Source: Antedon mediterranea (Eukaryota; Animalia; Echinodermata). From it: 64,000 bases of DNA. Below are positions 38,110 through 48,881 of the stretch, piece by piece. The stretch covers positions 26,666,437 through 26,730,436 of the forward strand of contig NC_092672.1 of the NCBI RefSeq assembly GCF_964355755.1, given 5' to 3'. The position numbers were made by a program, and so were the translations under genes. The notes under the pieces are model-generated. The model did no database searches. It had not been told where the DNA came from and saw only the letters and a list, made by a program, of their open reading frames with translations. Position 1 is the stretch's first letter. Every line of letters starts with the position of its first letter.

Positions 38110-40390
38110 TCTTGTTATGATAACCTTAGGCCTAATTTATTCTTTAACCGTTTTGATACACACAACTTCTCTGAAGAGAAGGATGCGATCAGACGGATGG
38201 TTAATGCTGGGGGTCAGTTAGATTGTGTAACGACAAATGAGATAGAAGTTCGTATACTTTTTAACGCCTTAACTCATGTAAGGCGATAAAGTATTGCATA
38301 TCACACTCTTAAATCATGTGTTGACCAACTATGTTACGTATTTATATAAATATCTTTAATATTTGTTTCAGTCGTCAAACTATTCCCAACATATGGAAAA
38401 CCTCTTGTATAGTTCCTATTCCAAAGAAATCGTTCATCGAATGCATAAATAACCTAAGCCCTATTGCGCTTACGTCAGTTGCCATGAAAGTGTGTGAGAA
38501 ATGTGTAATACCGGCTAAGGCCTGATCTTGTTATGGATTTTGTCGACCCCCTGCAATTTGCATATTCCAGCAAACGTTATAGCACGGAAGACGCAATTGT
38601 ATACAAATTACATAAATTATATTCACATTTAGATAATTATAGTAAAGGTATGAACGTTAGGATAATGTACTACGGTTTCTCATCAGCATTCAATACGATA
38701 CAACCCCATCTCCTTGCTCATAAGTTACTTGGTATGGGTGTTGCGAATCAATTGGTCGGTATCATTCTCGATACAAGTGAACGATTATGTGAGGTCTGGG
38801 CGCATTGTGACCAATACGAGTGCACCCCAGAGCACGGTATTGGCAACTTTCCTTTTTACGTTATATACATCCGATTTTCGATCCAATCATGTTGACTGTC
38901 CAGTAATTAAGTTTGCTGATGATGCATTGCTTGGGCTAATACGGTACGATATAACAACAGTCATTATAGGACTGAAATTGTTAACTTTGTTAATTATTGT
39001 GATTATATCTACCTTAAACTTAATATTACCAAAATAATTCTGAGCTTTCGCTCACAGCGTACCTTTATTCATACTTCACCTCTATCTGACATGAAGCTTG
39101 GACGATTTTACTCACGCTTTTACCCTTAGATTCACGATTTTGATGTTTTCCTGTTTATCTGTAGTTTTTGTTGGACAAGTTTTATTGCATTTTCTATGAT
39201 CTGATTGCATCGACGAAGCTGCCTTTGAGTGGATTTTGACACATTATTAGTGTAGGCTAAACTACGTATCTGCGTGTGTGCTGACACGCCTTCAAATCAC
39301 CCGCCAGTGTGCTAGTGACGTCACTCGTTGTAATACCACTCCTCAAGCCTAACTCCCGAGCGGCCGTGACCTGGCATCATACACTAAGGCGCATGATTGG
39401 TCATAGCAATAAATAGCAAACAAATAGCTGTGTAAATGCTATACCTGATACAGCAATAATAGCAATTAATAGCAAACAAATAGCTGTGTAATTTCTATAC
39501 ATGATACAGCAATAATAGCAATTAACAGCAAACAAATAGCTGTGTAATTGCTATACCTTTTACAGCAATAATAGCAAATAATAGCAAACACATAGCTGTG
39601 TAATTGCTATACCTGATACAGCAATAATAGCAAATAATAGCAAACAAATAGCTGTGTAATTGCTATACCTGATACAGCAATAATAGCAAATAATAGCAAA
39701 CAAATAGCTGTATAATTGCTATATATGATACAGCAATAATAGCAATTAATAGCAAAGCTCCTCTTCATTACAATTATTTAAACAGAGATCAAAAGGTTAT
39801 TTTTGTGAAATTCTTAGATTAAGAGAAATTTAATTTGCTATAGGCCTATGTTTGTGTATTATGTTTAAGTAATTGTGGTTTCCTTGTTTATTCTGTTATA
39901 TTTGTTTAGGACCACAATGGAAATAAGTTTGCCGTCTCGGTACTTTTTTGTGTTTTTATCCTATTGATTTTATATCAGAATAAAGAAATAAAAAAAAAAC
40001 TAAAGAACTTGTAATTGAATTTCTTACAATGTTCTACCAATCCGTTATTTGTGGTGTATGGGCTTGTTGTTTTACAGCGTGGGGTAGTAGCGCATTGAAA
40101 GAGGACATTGTTAGGATCAATCGCATAAAAAAGAAAGTAGGTAATTATTAATAACTAGCTCTACTTTGCTCTAAGTGCTGAGTCTGTTCACCACACACGT
40201 GTGATGAGACTGTCCACATGTATCCTAGATGATAATGGTCATCCACTTCATGATAGGAGGATCAGATAAATATTATACCTAGAAGTGGTAGGATTTGACT
40301 GCCATACTCCCGCACCAATCGTTATCTTTATTCCTTTGTCCCAATGAGCATCAAGTTTTTCAATATGAATTATATGGGATAACGCACTGC
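38110..40390 (+). mobile_element. Decayed Rex1/Babar-type LINE interrupted by a nested insertion of about 960 bp (about 39035-40000)
   Basis: WKTSCIVPIPKK, PIALTSVAMKVCEK, DPLQFAY, FSSAFNTIQPHLL, LFTLYTSD, KFADD. LNITK breaks at about 39033 and resumes as TKELVIEF at about 39999. HPLH..SGR..RTNRY..SFVP at about 40220-40345. Confidence 0.8.
39382..39756. mobile_element. CACTA-like element end with about 56-bp subterminal repeats, same family as 29651-30789 and inverted
   Basis: Begins CACTAAGGCGCATGATTGGTCATAGCAA, then about 6 copies of AATAGCAAACAAATAGCTGTGTAATTGCTATACCTGATACAGCAATAATAGCAAAT. Confidence 0.75.
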
Positions 40391-40733
40391 AACACATTGA
40401 AATAAAAAATATATAAGAATAGTGATAGCAATAATAACGTAATTAGTGGTAATATAACAGTAGTCAATAAACAATCTTGACATCCAGCTCTTTAAACGTA
40501 CTCCTTTATTGGGTTATTATAAACCTTACATCGCCATGATGTATCTCACCTCTTCAACCCACGAGGTTCTCTCTATATAGCGTATATATTAACTTCTGGG
40601 GTTACATAAGTACTGGGGTGTGTTTCTAAATATATTTATTGGTGCATGTCTTCTCTTTATATGTATTGTTTTTATCGTACTTTTTATAATAATCATTACT
40701 ATATAAAGTTTCTGATATTAATATTTTTGTATC

Positions 40734-40764
<31 letters not shown>

Positions 40765-40788
40765 TTATGAATTGGATAGAACACGGGC

Positions 40789-40831
40789 GTCTATTACACG
40801 GTGTTTCACGTTAAACGATCTTCAGATAGAC
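40789..40831 (-). ncRNA. Minimal type I hammerhead ribozyme, intact core
   Basis: GTCTAT CTGAAGA tCGT-tta-ACGt GAAAC AC-c-GT GTA ATAGAC: perfect 6-bp stem I, CUGAnGA and GAAA boxes, GUA cleavage triplet. Confidence 0.75.
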
Positions 40832-41176
40832 TGAACAATACCGTATCTCGAGGTGTTATAAGGCTTTAGTCAGGTGGTATGTAAATTTTCTTGTTATGAC
40901 GACATTCTGAAATCAGTACAAAGTACGTATGGTCTTTGAAAAGTAATGACGTAATGTTTACAATTAAATGGAAAGTAATTAAATATTCCTCCACTAAGAA
41001 CGCCGCTTATGGGCGTTGTAGTCTTTGTTTAGATGAAAAGCTATGTATTCTAAATGCAAACAAAACAAATTTGTTAAGTAAAAGGTCTGAACTGATTTCA
41101 AAATGTCGTCATAACAAGAACATTTACATACCACCTGACTAAAGCCTTATAACACCTCGAGATACGGTATGGTTCA

Positions 41177-41219
41177 GTCTATCTGAAGATCGTTTAACGT
41201 GAAACACCGTGTAATAAAC
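41177..41219 (+). ncRNA. Minimal type I hammerhead ribozyme, second copy with one stem I mismatch
   Basis: GTCTAT CTGAAGA TCGTTTAACGT GAAACACCGTGTA ATAAAC. Confidence 0.7.
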
Positions 41220-41449
41220 GCCCGTGTTCTATCCAATTCATAAATATATATTCGCTCTTGATTTCAATTGAGCACTTTTGCTGCCTCAACGCATCTATAG
41301 AAATATATTTAAATATTTTAATTGTATTAACTCTGAGCAAATGAATTTCTCCTTTGAAGATCAATAGAATTATTCTGATTCTGATTATTTAGTCTGGACT
41401 GGAATCTAAAAGTACTTTACTACTTGAGAAAAGCGTCCCTGATAAAATG

Positions 41450-41900
41450 CTATTATTATTATTATTATTATTATTTATTGCCAAAAACCAGTTACAAACA
41501 AACAAAACACAGAAACTAAGGGAGTAGGCAGGAACCTAAAAGTGAACCTAATCACTATAACAAGAGTTCAGGTTCCGTACTCCCAAAGTAACAACAATGA
41601 TATAAAATAAACTATATAAAAATATTTAAAAAACAAATAGACGAATCAACAGTGTCAATATAAAATAAACGGATAAAATACATAATAGTCGATTCAACAA
41701 AGTCAATATAAAACATGTGATTTAAGTGAATTTAAAAATATTTGAAAACTGTCTAAAATTAAAGAATTTTTAATCATTTCCGGTAATTCTTCCCACAACC
41801 TAGGGAATATATTAATAGCGGAATGATGAAGACAATTGGTTCGAGCATAGTGATGAATGAACTTAAGTGTATCAAAGTGACGGCCATTAAACAACTAAAG
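41450..41900 (-). mobile_element. Short 5'-truncated LINE 3' end (CR1/L2-like)
   Basis: Minus-strand remnant ARTN......FPRLWEELPEMIKNS..L..F...LKSH, then a 3' UTR hairpin and a (TAA)n tail at about 41451-41478. Confidence 0.6.
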
Positions 41901-42204
41901 ATTGACGAACACTACTACAATCAACCGTTCCAATAAGTGATTTACAAACAAAGGATAACAGAAGATAATTTCTTCGATTAGATTGTGTAGGCCAATTTAG
42001 CTTAGTGAGACTATACACCCTTTAACATCATCTTATGTTACAGGCCATTATAACCGAAATTCCGAAATAAAATCTACCCACTGTTTTCCGACACTAATTT
42101 TAAAATGCATACATTATTTGATAAAGTGATGTACATACAAAAGATAATGACAGTGTCATCACAATTACCAAACAATTGGTTACTCAAATAAATTCTTAAA
42201 TAAC

Positions 42205-42228
42205 ATGTTGTTCTTTCTTATTTCATAG
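42205..42228 (+). promoter_or_regulatory. 3' splice acceptor upstream of SNTX-GTPase paralogue 2
   Basis: TTGTTCTTTCTTATTTCATAG|GACAGATCACATCATTG, homologous to TTTTTTTTAG|AAGAGAGATCACGTCATTG of paralogue 1. Confidence 0.7.
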
Positions 42229-42265
42229 GACAGATCACATCATTGAATAGGAAAAGTGAATTGGT

Positions 42266-45200
42266 ATGGGTTCTAGTAAGAGTAAGGGGCCGATCGATGG
42301 ACCAGCACTAGGAAGGCCATTTACACTTGGTATGCTGTACGATTGTCGTAATGACAAACTAATCCCTGGTACCTCACTATGGGATAATGAATTCCTTGAA
42401 AGTCACAGTGTTTCACATCTCCAAGAGTCATCAAACTTTAAAATACACACTGAAGAGTCTATAGCAGACAAAGCTAATGCCCTTGATATCAATGCTAACT
42501 TGAAACTGAGTTGTCTTGTTGGTCTTGTTGAGGGGTCAGGTTCAGCTAAATATCTTGATGACCGCAAGTCATCCAATTACAAGGCCAGAGTATCGATGCA
42601 ATATAAGTGTACAACCAAGTTTAAGCAGCTAGCAATGGAACACCTTGGAAAGGGAAAGATCATGTATCCTAATGTGTTTGAATACGGGATTGCCACTCAT
42701 GTTGTGACTGGTATACTGTATGGTGGTCAGGCTATTTTTGTCTTTGAAAGACAGTTTTATGAAAGTGAGACTTACAAGAAAGCACATGGAGATTTACAAG
42801 CTGCCATTAAAGCATTACCAAGGATTTCTTTGGACTTGCCAGAAGACCTAAAAGACAAATTGGATGGTTTTGAGTGCACCTTTTATGGAGACTTCATTCC
42901 TCCCTCCAACCCTACTACCTATCTTGATGTTGTGGAGTTGTATAAAAAGCTTTCAAAAATGATAGGTAGAAAAGCAGTTCCTGTGCATGTTTGGCTTCAC
43001 CCATTGCACAATTTAGATAACAGAGCAGCAAAGTTGGTTAGAGAAATCAGTTATACTCAGGTTGAAAGTGCAGAAAACACACTAGAACAGTTACAAAGCT
43101 TGGAAATAAAGTGCAAAGACTTAGCAGAATCTGACCCATGTCAAAAGTTCCCGGTTACAAGACAGAATATAAACAACTTCAAAGAAATGGTAGAAGAGTA
43201 TAAGCTTAATATTCAGAGGCAAATAATGCAAGTATTGCCTGACATTCGAGGAGGGAGAACTAAGGAAGTAATTTTAGCAAACATTTTAGAGAGTAGAAAA
43301 AGATCTCCTTTTAGTCATGGAAACCTTGCCAAATGGATAGATGAAGCGGAAGCTCTCATCCGCATGCTAAGCACATACGTCAGTTTCATGAGTGAAATCA
43401 CTTTTGCAGACTCACATGGACATTTTTCAGAAACCATTTTCAATCCTAACAACAGACATGTCATATGTTTTATAATGCGCTTGGTACAGAACGAAACATT
43501 ACTAACAGACATGCAAAAATATCTTATGAAAACCAACGATGTTGATTACAATTGTAATGGAGAACATGTATTTTCCGGTTTTCCTTCTGATTCTTTGACA
43601 GATAAAATGGTCGTTAATGCGCGCCACTTCAAAGACTTTGATGCAGCAAATAAAGGATCATTAGAAACAGCTTTTATAATCCATCAGGCCAAAAACGAGT
43701 TTGAGAACCCAACTGGTATAATATTTTTGTATAAAAATGGAAAACGTATGGATACAAATTTTGAACCTCCTTCAATGCCTGGTAAACCTACATATTTTGA
43801 CTCAACTCATCATAGCATCCAGTTAGAATGGAAAGTCCCAGATCAAGGTGTCTCGAATATCACTCATTATGAAGTGTCCTATAAGCAACTTAGTGATTCT
43901 GAAACAGAATGGATCACAGTCTCTACTTCCAGCAAAGAATGTTCATTTACTGCAAATGATTTGAACATTTCCTCTGTATACTTATTTCAGGTGAAGTCAG
44001 TGTGTGAAGCCGGGGTAAGCAAAGCCAGTTTAGTGAGTGAACCAATGACCACTCGTCCAACATGTCCTCCTGGTAAACCAGAAGTTCAGCTACCATCAGG
44101 TCTTCATATTAGTGTTAGATGGAACTCTCCTGATATCATTGCTAAAAATGTGAATATAAAATCTTACAATATTCAATATTGCATGTTGGAAACAACTGAT
44201 GAAACTGGACCTATTGAAGCAGATAAATTGATCTGGTGCGATATGATGACTGTTCTACACAATACACCAGAAGCAGAACACAGGGCTATAAATAAGATGA
44301 TATTCATGTATCGAGTTCGTGCTGACTGTAGTGATGCTGGACAGAGCAAATACAGCCCGACAAGTGAGGCTATCTGCCTAAATATTTCGCAAGAAGAAAT
44401 CAAAAAGGAAAATATCTTGCATAATTCAAAGCTTGTTCAAACCGGCTCGCCATCGGTGTATGCACTCAATTTGAAGGAAGTTGTGAGAAGAGAATCAGAA
44501 AAAATCTACAAATATGCATTTGGAAATCGTAACAGAAACACACCAATTATCGAAAAAGTAATTATGATTGTAGGTGCAACAGGAGCAGGAAAGTCAACTT
44601 TTATCAATGGGCTGATTAATTATGTATTTGGTGTAAAATGGGAGGATCGTTATCGCTTCAAACTGGTTCATGAAGATTTCAAAACTACACAGGCAACTTC
44701 ACAGACAACTTCCATAACATCCTACACAATCCATCATCAGAATGGTTTCCAGGTACCCTATACGCTGACCATCATTGACACCCCTGGATTTGGTGACACG
44801 TCAGGCATTAGTCGAGACAAACAAATAACCAAACAAATTCACAGTTTCTTTTCTACTACAGGAGTAGGTGGTATCGACCATATAGATGCTATAGGATTTG
44901 TGGCTCAAGCTGCATTAGCGAGACTCACACCAACACAGAAATATGTTTTTGACTCAATCTTGTCACTGTTTGGGAAGGATATTGCTGATAACATCTTTAT
45001 CCTAGTAACTTTTGCAGATGGGCAGAAACCACCAGTTATGGTAGGTATCAAAGAAGCTGAACTCCCATATAAAGGATATTTCAAGTTTAACAATTCTGCT
45101 TTGTTCGCTCAAAATAGAGCTGATGGTGAGGTGCCGGAAGATGAAGAGAAAGACGAGGATGAAGAAGAGGGCGGAGGATTTGATAATATGTTCTGGCAAA

Positions 45201-46084
45201 TGGGAGAAAAAAGTTTTAAGCGGTTCTTTAACAAGCTGGGAGCAATTGAGACAAAAAGCTTAGTATTGACCAAAGATGTCTTAGATGAGCGCAGTCATCT
45301 GGAAACATACATTGTTGGGATACAAAGTGGAATCCAAACAGGGCTAAATAAACTTGAACAACTTAAGAAGGAAGATGAAGTTCTCCGGCAGCACCAGAAA
45401 GATATTGACATGAATAAAGAATTTAATTACACAGTAGAAGAGGAAAAGGCTGTTTATGAAGAAATTCCAACAGGTACATACATCACCAACTGCATGACAT
45501 GCAACAGGACATGCCATTACCCTTGTGGTATCCCAGACGATGATTCTAAAAGTGGATGTTCCGCAATGGGTGGTAATTACTGTACGGTATGCACAAACCA
45601 ATGTCACTGGAGCATGCATAAAAATATGAAATATCGAATTATGATTGAAAAGTATACTGTCGAGAAAAACTCTGAAGATTTAAAGAAGCGTTACGAGGTC
45701 GCAAAAGGTGCAAAAATGTCTGCTCAGCAAATAATGAACCAAATTGCAGAGGAATTTGAAGATGTCCAGTTTGATGTTCTGGAATTAACAGAAGATATTC
45801 GCAAGAGTTTGAATCGACTTCAGGAGATTGCTCTTCTTCCAAATCCATTGTCATCAGTCGAATATATTGATATTCTGATCCAAAATGCAAAGGATGAAGC
45901 AAAGCCTGGATGGATGGAATATGTCCAGCAACTACATGATTTGAGAGAAAATGCCGAATGTTTAGAAAATGTTACAAACGAAAATTATGATCCGTTTCAG
46001 CAGTACAAATCTATTGAGCACACACTACCAAAACGAGAAAAACAAGGTAAAATGAGTAAATTGAAATCGTGGTTAGGATTGTAA
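42266..46084 (+). CDS. Stonustoxin-like MACPF - 2x FN3 - AIG1/septin-like GTPase - Cys/His - coiled-coil protein (paralogue 2, 1272 aa)
   Basis: Collinear with 12633-16517: ALGRPFTLGMLYDCRNDKLIPG, GATGAGKS, DTPGFGD, TFAD, TNCMTCNRTCHYPC. An in-frame TAG between the acceptor and the ATG fixes the start at MGSSKS. Confidence 0.93.
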   Translation: MGSSKSKGPIDGPALGRPFTLGMLYDCRNDKLIPGTSLWDNEFLESHSVSHLQESSNFKIHTEESIADKANALDINANLKLSCLVGLVEGSGSAKYLDDRKSSNYKARVSMQYKCTTKFKQLAMEHLGKGKIMYPNVFEYGIATHVVTGILYGGQAIFVFERQFYESETYKKAHGDLQAAIKALPRISLDLPEDLKDKLDGFECTFYGDFIPPSNPTTYLDVVELYKKLSKMIGRKAVPVHVWLHPLHNLDNRAAKLVREISYTQVESAENTLEQLQSLEIKCKDLAESDPCQKFPVTRQNINNFKEMVEEYKLNIQRQIMQVLPDIRGGRTKEVILANILESRKRSPFSHGNLAKWIDEAEALIRMLSTYVSFMSEITFADSHGHFSETIFNPNNRHVICFIMRLVQNETLLTDMQKYLMKTNDVDYNCNGEHVFSGFPSDSLTDKMVVNARHFKDFDAANKGSLETAFIIHQAKNEFENPTGIIFLYKNGKRMDTNFEPPSMPGKPTYFDSTHHSIQLEWKVPDQGVSNITHYEVSYKQLSDSETEWITVSTSSKECSFTANDLNISSVYLFQVKSVCEAGVSKASLVSEPMTTRPTCPPGKPEVQLPSGLHISVRWNSPDIIAKNVNIKSYNIQYCMLETTDETGPIEADKLIWCDMMTVLHNTPEAEHRAINKMIFMYRVRADCSDAGQSKYSPTSEAICLNISQEEIKKENILHNSKLVQTGSPSVYALNLKEVVRRESEKIYKYAFGNRNRNTPIIEKVIMIVGATGAGKSTFINGLINYVFGVKWEDRYRFKLVHEDFKTTQATSQTTSITSYTIHHQNGFQVPYTLTIIDTPGFGDTSGISRDKQITKQIHSFFSTTGVGGIDHIDAIGFVAQAALARLTPTQKYVFDSILSLFGKDIADNIFILVTFADGQKPPVMVGIKEAELPYKGYFKFNNSALFAQNRADGEVPEDEEKDEDEEEGGGFDNMFWQMGEKSFKRFFNKLGAIETKSLVLTKDVLDERSHLETYIVGIQSGIQTGLNKLEQLKKEDEVLRQHQKDIDMNKEFNYTVEEEKAVYEEIPTGTYITNCMTCNRTCHYPCGIPDDDSKSGCSAMGGNYCTVCTNQCHWSMHKNMKYRIMIEKYTVEKNSEDLKKRYEVAKGAKMSAQQIMNQIAEEFEDVQFDVLELTEDIRKSLNRLQEIALLPNPLSSVEYIDILIQNAKDEAKPGWMEYVQQLHDLRENAECLENVTNENYDPFQQYKSIEHTLPKREKQGKMSKLKSWLGL

Positions 46085-47861
46085 GTAAATGTCCTCGTAC
46101 TGTATACTGCTTTCGTTTTCAAATTTTCGATTTTCCACAAACTGGTCACAATCAGAGGAACTTAATAACTAACTAAATTAAAACCCTAGCATATGAACGA
46201 CATGCTGCTGTCGAAGCTCCCGTAACTTTTTGATGGAAAATACGCTGCTTACTAAACGTAAGCTGTTATCAAGTCAATTATCTTAGTTTGTTTAGAAATG
46301 TCAATATTTCTACTTATTTGAATTATGTAGGCCTACGTTAATATTACCTGCTTCAAATTGCGATATTTGTGTTTTGTGTATTTGTCTGTTAAAAGAATAA
46401 CGTCAAAAATGAAAGACGGATCTTTACCAAAAATATTTAAAATATGTTCAACCACAGATAAAGATATGGGTGGAGGAAATCCGCACAAGGTTCCTAATTG
46501 TGGATCACTTTATTAGTTTACTAATTCTAGAATCTACTGTAGACGGATCTTTACCAAATTCAATCACTTGAAAGGTATATAGCTAGACATGATCTCATTA
46601 CATTTTGGAGGTCATCCAAACCGTACCAGGATCCCAATTCTGGACCACTTTTGGGGTGTGAGATGATGGCCAAATTGTGGTTTCGTGGTTACGCGTTAGT
46701 TCGGTATTTTAAACAATAACAATTTAAAACAACGGGGTTTAATTATTTACTTTTGGAGGTCAGCCAATTGACGGAAGTATGTAATCTCTGACTGTTCTTC
46801 TTATCATTATTATCATAATATTAGGCCTACCATTAATTATATTCCTACTAAAACGTATTGAAGCAACATCTTTACATCGGTTACACACCTTCATAAACAC
46901 ACAAGTAGGCCTACAAACAACAAACGGATACAAAATCAATAGAGTGAACCCAAGAACAAAAATGATATATAAATCCAAAAGATTTGATCTTTGATTTATT
47001 CGTACATCACGGAGATATACAGTAAATTTAAAACTCAATACCGTATGCCACAAATTGTTTATTCATGTAATGTAATGAGTGTTTTGTGCTGCAGGTTATA
47101 ATAAGTCTATTGCCTATTGTTAGGTCTATTATCTCTAAAACCATAAAAAGAGATAGATTACATCTGAAATCTCATAATCTGCAATCCAATATTTAATACA
47201 GTAATAATGGAGCTATAACCAATTCAGTAGTGTGATTGATTTATGAATATTTAAACTAATGCTTATACATTGTAATTGTATACTACTAAATAACTAGTTC
47301 TTTGGTTAGTCGTCGTTTTTAAATTGTAAAGGAGGAAATGAAGCATATTGAAAGCGCTTCTGTGATGTTGCTAGTTACTCATTATGCTTATTTAAATAAC
47401 GTAATGCATAAACGGGCATAATAAATAAGACTGCTTGCTATTATAAAAAGCCAGAGATATTTTGTTATAAAAGGTACGAATGAATTTAGCTGATTCTCAT
47501 GTTAATAATTACTTGTCGTCAGAAGATCATTGACCGAAAGATACTTCTTCCCAAAGATGTGTAAATATGAGTAGAAGTAAGTAAACTAATAGTAATGTAT
47601 AAAGTAAAGCTATTCGGTATAGTAGTTAAGAGACGGAATGTATTGTTACATGTTTATGAGATGTTTATATTATAGGCCTACATCGCTACTGTAAAGGCTT
47701 GAGCATATTTACTTACCAGAAATTATTTAACGTGAAATATACAAAATTCACGTTTTGACAATAGGCTTCTCTAAAAAGTAATGACAACAAGTATGGTTAT
47801 GGTGGGATTTTGTTACCAAAAATATTTACCTATTATTGCATAAGGAAAACATTAAAAACTA

Positions 47862-48228
47862 CCGTATTTATTCGGATAAACCAGGTCCCGCTTTGAATAA
47901 ATGCCTTCCACGAATAAACGATCCCAGGCATTTATTTATTTCCTCCAAATAAACGCCCCGCCACATGCATATACACAATATTGTATTACAACATATTGTA
48001 TTTTTATTAGATTTCATTGATTGACATGATCAACAATTTTACCAAGCATTTTGACTCTATTTTATCTCTTCTCGATATTAATTGTGTTGTATTTTTCCAT
48101 ATTATCTAGAGGGTATTTATTTGATTATACATGTTACCATATTACACCAAAAAAAAAAAAAAATAACGCCTCCCCCGAATAATAAACGTCCCTCGAAAGC
48201 CCCGGGGCGTTTATTCAAGTAAATACGG
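47862..48228. mobile_element. Tc1/mariner (pogo-like) MITE with TA TSD
   Basis: TA|CCGTATTTATTCGGATAAAC...GTTTATTCAAGTAAATACGG|TA with internal AATAAACG repeats. Related one-ended copies at about 52223 and 52728. Confidence 0.85.
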
Positions 48229-48881
48229 TAAATATTAAAATACGACTTCTATTACCAATGTTTATTTAAGTTATAGTAACACTTTAGATTATACCGTACT
48301 TTATTTTTTGAATGGGTGAAAATAAAAAATTAATAGTTAATTAATATAGTGCCTTTGTGATCATTTGAGTTTAAATTACGAAAACCATTTCCTATTTTAA
48401 CAGAGAAAGCGAATATCTTGTAATTGACGGTTTTGGAGAAAAAAATAAGCATGTGAATGGGCCGGATTTTATTGTTTATTGAAATGAAAAAAAAATGAGT
48501 GAAATGAATTAACCCACTCTTGTCGTTAAAGAAAATAATCAAATACAACACTGAAGAATATCCAACAATAATAATGGCAAAATTCGAATTCACAAAATGG
48601 CGGCCAAAATAGGCTCGGGATAAATTGGCCCCCAAATGCAATACATTCTACTTTTTTTCTACTAGTATTATAAAGTAATTATAATGCCTTTAAATTCTTA
48701 GAAATCTGAAATTTAATAATAAGATATAAATTATAAGATTTTAATGGCAGCCATCTTGGAATACAATGTAGCACCTACAAACATAATAATAGTGGAGATA
48801 AAACTAAAAGATTGCTGTCTCAGATCTGTATCAAATCGATCGGACGAAATTATATAGACCTACTTGTTTGTTGTTTTTTTA

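Larger units (their letters stand above)
40757..41250 (+). mobile_element. Penelope-like element fragment: GIY-YIG C-terminus flanked by inverted pseudo-LTRs
   Basis: ORF 40936-41142 reads IKWKVI...RCSLCLDEKLCIL...LLSKRSELISKCRH. Arms at about 40757-40908 and 41102-41250 are near-perfect reverse complements. Confidence 0.85.
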
